NCBI GenBank assembly: GCA_021513695.1
Contig: CP084166.1
Span: 928,001-992,000 of the forward strand
DNA length: 64,000 nucleotides
DNA from: Candidatus Heimdallarchaeum aukensis
GTDB taxonomy: Archaea; Asgardarchaeota; Heimdallarchaeia; Heimdallarchaeales; Heimdallarchaeaceae
Direction: 5' to 3'
In this document: positions 61,755-64,000 of the stretch, piece after piece
Position numbering within the stretch: the first letter of the stretch is position 1
Layout: every line of letters begins with the position of its first letter
The notes under the pieces: model-generated
What the model was told of the DNA's origin: nothing
The model's input: the letters and a program-made list of their open reading frames with translations, nothing else
Databases searched by the model: none
Translations under genes and position numbers: made by a program

Positions 61755-63119
61755 TTAAGGTAAATGGTGATTGTAGAAAGGATCTACCTCTGTGTATTTT
61801 TCTCCGTCATAAATGAAAAATTCTGAATGAACATCATGAATTTCATCATATTGCTGGAAAAGAGGAGAAGTAGCAAGTATACTCCACTTTTTAGCTATTT
61901 CTGGATGAACAAAAATTATTTTGTTTGTCTCTTCATATCTTTTAATTGCTTCACAGAGAGATAAAGAAGCTGCCAGTGTTATCGCTGTTGGACTTCTTCT
62001 GAAGCTTGAATGATTCCAAAATTTTGTATTTTTTACAATAGTTTTCCTGCTTTTATCAGGATAAATATCCTTTGAAATTTTAGAAAGATCGATCAATTTG
62101 TTCAATAATTCTCTGTAATTTTTCTTGCTAAACTGGTATTTTGTACTAATGTCAAAGACAGTGAATCTAGCATCTAAAAATTCTGGTAATTCTTTTGCTG
62201 CACTTATAACATAATAATTTAATTCAAATTTTGATTGTTGTTCCAGAAGTTTATCAAGTAATTTTAGATCAATATCTACTTCATCTATAAAAATTACTGT
62301 TTTGTCAAATTTCATTTTTTCTGCTACCCATTTAGAAACATTTTCAGCCTTATTTGCTTCAATTTCTTCTTCATCTACATAGTTTCCTTCTTCGTCTTTC
62401 CAGAATTCAGTTCGATAAATAAAGGGTAGATTCTTTCTTTTACATTCTTTAATTAAAGAGTAAACTATCTGTGTTTTGCCTGACCCACCGTATCGACCAT
62501 AAATATGGACATATTTTTTTGGCTTTTTTCCCTTTAGTAATTTGTTAAATTCTCTTTCTATCTTTCTAGTTATTTTATGTTTTATTGTGAACTTATGTCT
62601 AGCCCAACAGATTGAAGGATCAACTAAAGGTAAAAAATTGTTGTACTTTTTAGCTATATTTTTTGCTTCCTCACGAGTTAGGCCTAGATGAAAAGAAAGT
62701 AGCTTTTCTTCATCGTAAGGAAGAGGTTTTTTTTCTATAATGTCTTCTCCATAAAGAAGTTCTTTTGTTTTATTGAGATTAATCATATCTTCTGGAAGAA
62801 GGAATCTTGGGTTAAAAAGATTGATTTTCCACAAGTCTGATTCTTTTATTATATATCCACGAGAAAAAGAATTAGCAATTTTTACTCCATCAGGCCAACC
62901 AAATTGGTCTTGTATTTTATCGTAGATATAGTCTATTTTCCTTAATTTTTTCTCTTTTACTTTGTCATTAAATATTAAAACTAGTCCTTCTCTATCTTTT
63001 AGAATAGTATTAAATCTGCTTATTTCTCGCTTAAAAGAATAAATGGCTGTGAGATTATTATTGTATGTTCTTACTAATTCATCAACAAGTTTTGTTTTAG
63101 CCAAATTTTCCTCATTCAT
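61755..63119 (-). CDS. P-loop NTPase (archaeal ATPase-like) of unknown function.
   Basis: Walker A GRYGGSGKT. Walker B VIFIDEVD. Confidence 0.55.
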   Translation of the reverse strand: MNEENLAKTKLVDELVRTYNNNLTAIYSFKREISRFNTILKDREGLVLIFNDKVKEKKLRKIDYIYDKIQDQFGWPDGVKIANSFSRGYIIKESDLWKINLFNPRFLLPEDMINLNKTKELLYGEDIIEKKPLPYDEEKLLSFHLGLTREEAKNIAKKYNNFLPLVDPSICWARHKFTIKHKITRKIEREFNKLLKGKKPKKYVHIYGRYGGSGKTQIVYSLIKECKRKNLPFIYRTEFWKDEEGNYVDEEEIEANKAENVSKWVAEKMKFDKTVIFIDEVDIDLKLLDKLLEQQSKFELNYYVISAAKELPEFLDARFTVFDISTKYQFSKKNYRELLNKLIDLSKISKDIYPDKSRKTIVKNTKFWNHSSFRRSPTAITLAASLSLCEAIKRYEETNKIIFVHPEIAKKWSILATSPLFQQYDEIHDVHSEFFIYDGEKYTEVDPFYNHHLP

Positions 63120-63309
63120 TTGAATTCACTAATTATTGTTAAATTAGAAGTAAAACAACCCCTAAATAACTCTTATTAAAAGATCTCAATTTTCACTAAA
63201 AACTTATTGCAAATTAATAGTGACTTTTTCTATAAATTATATCACAAACCTTCTATATCTATTTCTTTGAAATAAAAAAATACTTAAATCAATCCTTAAC
63301 TTTTTTTTA

Positions 63310-64000
63310 TGCACATTTACGACGCAAAAGATGAGCAATCCTGCTTTTACTGTAGGAAGATAAATGAATACGAAAAGGATTATCCAATACGAAAAGGAGT
63401 ATTCACATTAGATAATTATGTTTATCGATGTCCTTTACACTCTCAATACAAATGTTCTAAATGTGGAGAATTTCACCATTTTAATTGGATGTATTATTGT
63501 CCTGAAGAGAAAAAACTTTTTTGTGGTTCATGTAACCCACCTACGTTACATCCTGTAGAGTTTTTTGATAGAACTTATGCGTATAAATTCAAGTGCACGA
63601 TTTGTGGTGAAGAGCATTTTGATTTGTATTTTGAAGAATATAAAGGAACCCACCCTTTTGAAATAAACCAAACAGAAGCTTTAGAGACAATAATAAGTGA
63701 TGTGAAACAATTACCGCATTGGAAACCTAAACAAGTAAGAGAAGGAAAAAAAATAAGCATAGAAGATGTAATTAGTAAGAACAAATTGTTTAAAGATCTA
63801 AAAAATGAATTTCATATTGGCTCTCTTGGAATTTATTCTGAACGAGAAGATATTGATCAGATTAACTTTGATGATACAAAGAATAAATGGGAACAGAATG
63901 CTGAAATTTGGATATCAGCGTATGATACAATGTCTGAACAAGATGAAGGAGATTTAAATAGACAATTAGTGATTGATCCTGTTTTAATGAATCTTATAGG
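63310..64000 (+). CDS. Partial ORF (5' end present, runs off the window) encoding a protein with multiple CxxC zinc-ribbon motifs.
   Basis: My own translation from the ATG at 63310 gives MHIYDAKDEQSCFYCRK..CPLHSQYKCSKCGEF..CGSCNPP..CTICGEEHF.. with no stop before the window end. It is absent from the ORF track because it is incomplete. Confidence 0.45.

Overview
This is an AT-rich (roughly 30% GC) archaeal window. A C-terminal remnant of a eukaryote-like actin gene (Lokiactin-like) suggests an Asgard/Loki-type archaeon; this assignment is inference. The centrepiece is a complete type I-B CRISPR-Cas locus, cas6-cas8b-cas7-cas5-cas3-cas4-cas1-cas2 (20023-28857), flanked by two very large arrays in opposite orientation. 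Array 1 (10342-16420) has 93 repeats and array 2 (28972-33583) has 71. They share the same 29-nt repeat (GTTTAAGCTGAACTAAGTAGTGTGAAAAT in the transcribed orientation). Both are driven by nearly identical ~95-bp leaders that point away from the cas genes. Unusual details are a 663-bp tandem duplication of 10 spacer units inside array 1, a solitary degenerate repeat between cas3 and cas4, and families of related/overlapping spacers. Two paralogous ~490-aa tandem Lrp/AsnC-like proteins plus two large uncharacterised proteins sit next to the array leaders or ends. Upstream lies a cobalt/corrinoid block: CobN, a ChlI/ChlD-like AAA+-vWA protein and a BtuFCD-like ABC importer. Downstream lie a DMT transporter, a HIT protein, a secreted caspase-like (C14) multidomain protein with a recent internal domain duplication, the actin remnant, an IS6-like insertion sequence with 16-bp terminal inverted repeats, and an M14 carboxypeptidase. 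Further on is a sulfur-relay/electron-transfer island: 3x TusA, 3x DsrE-like, an SQR-like flavoprotein, MvhD, two HdrA-like proteins and an HdrC/E-like fusion, which together resemble a Qmo-like complex. The window ends with the ECF cobalt transporter CbiM(N)QO, small regulators, an MFS transporter, a P-loop ATPase and a partial zinc-ribbon ORF. At the start of the window there is an IS481-like transposase pseudogene with an in-frame TAG. Many ORF-track starts of the form 'MKKMS..' are artefacts: the real start is the ATG 7 nt after a conserved GGTGA ribosome-binding site.
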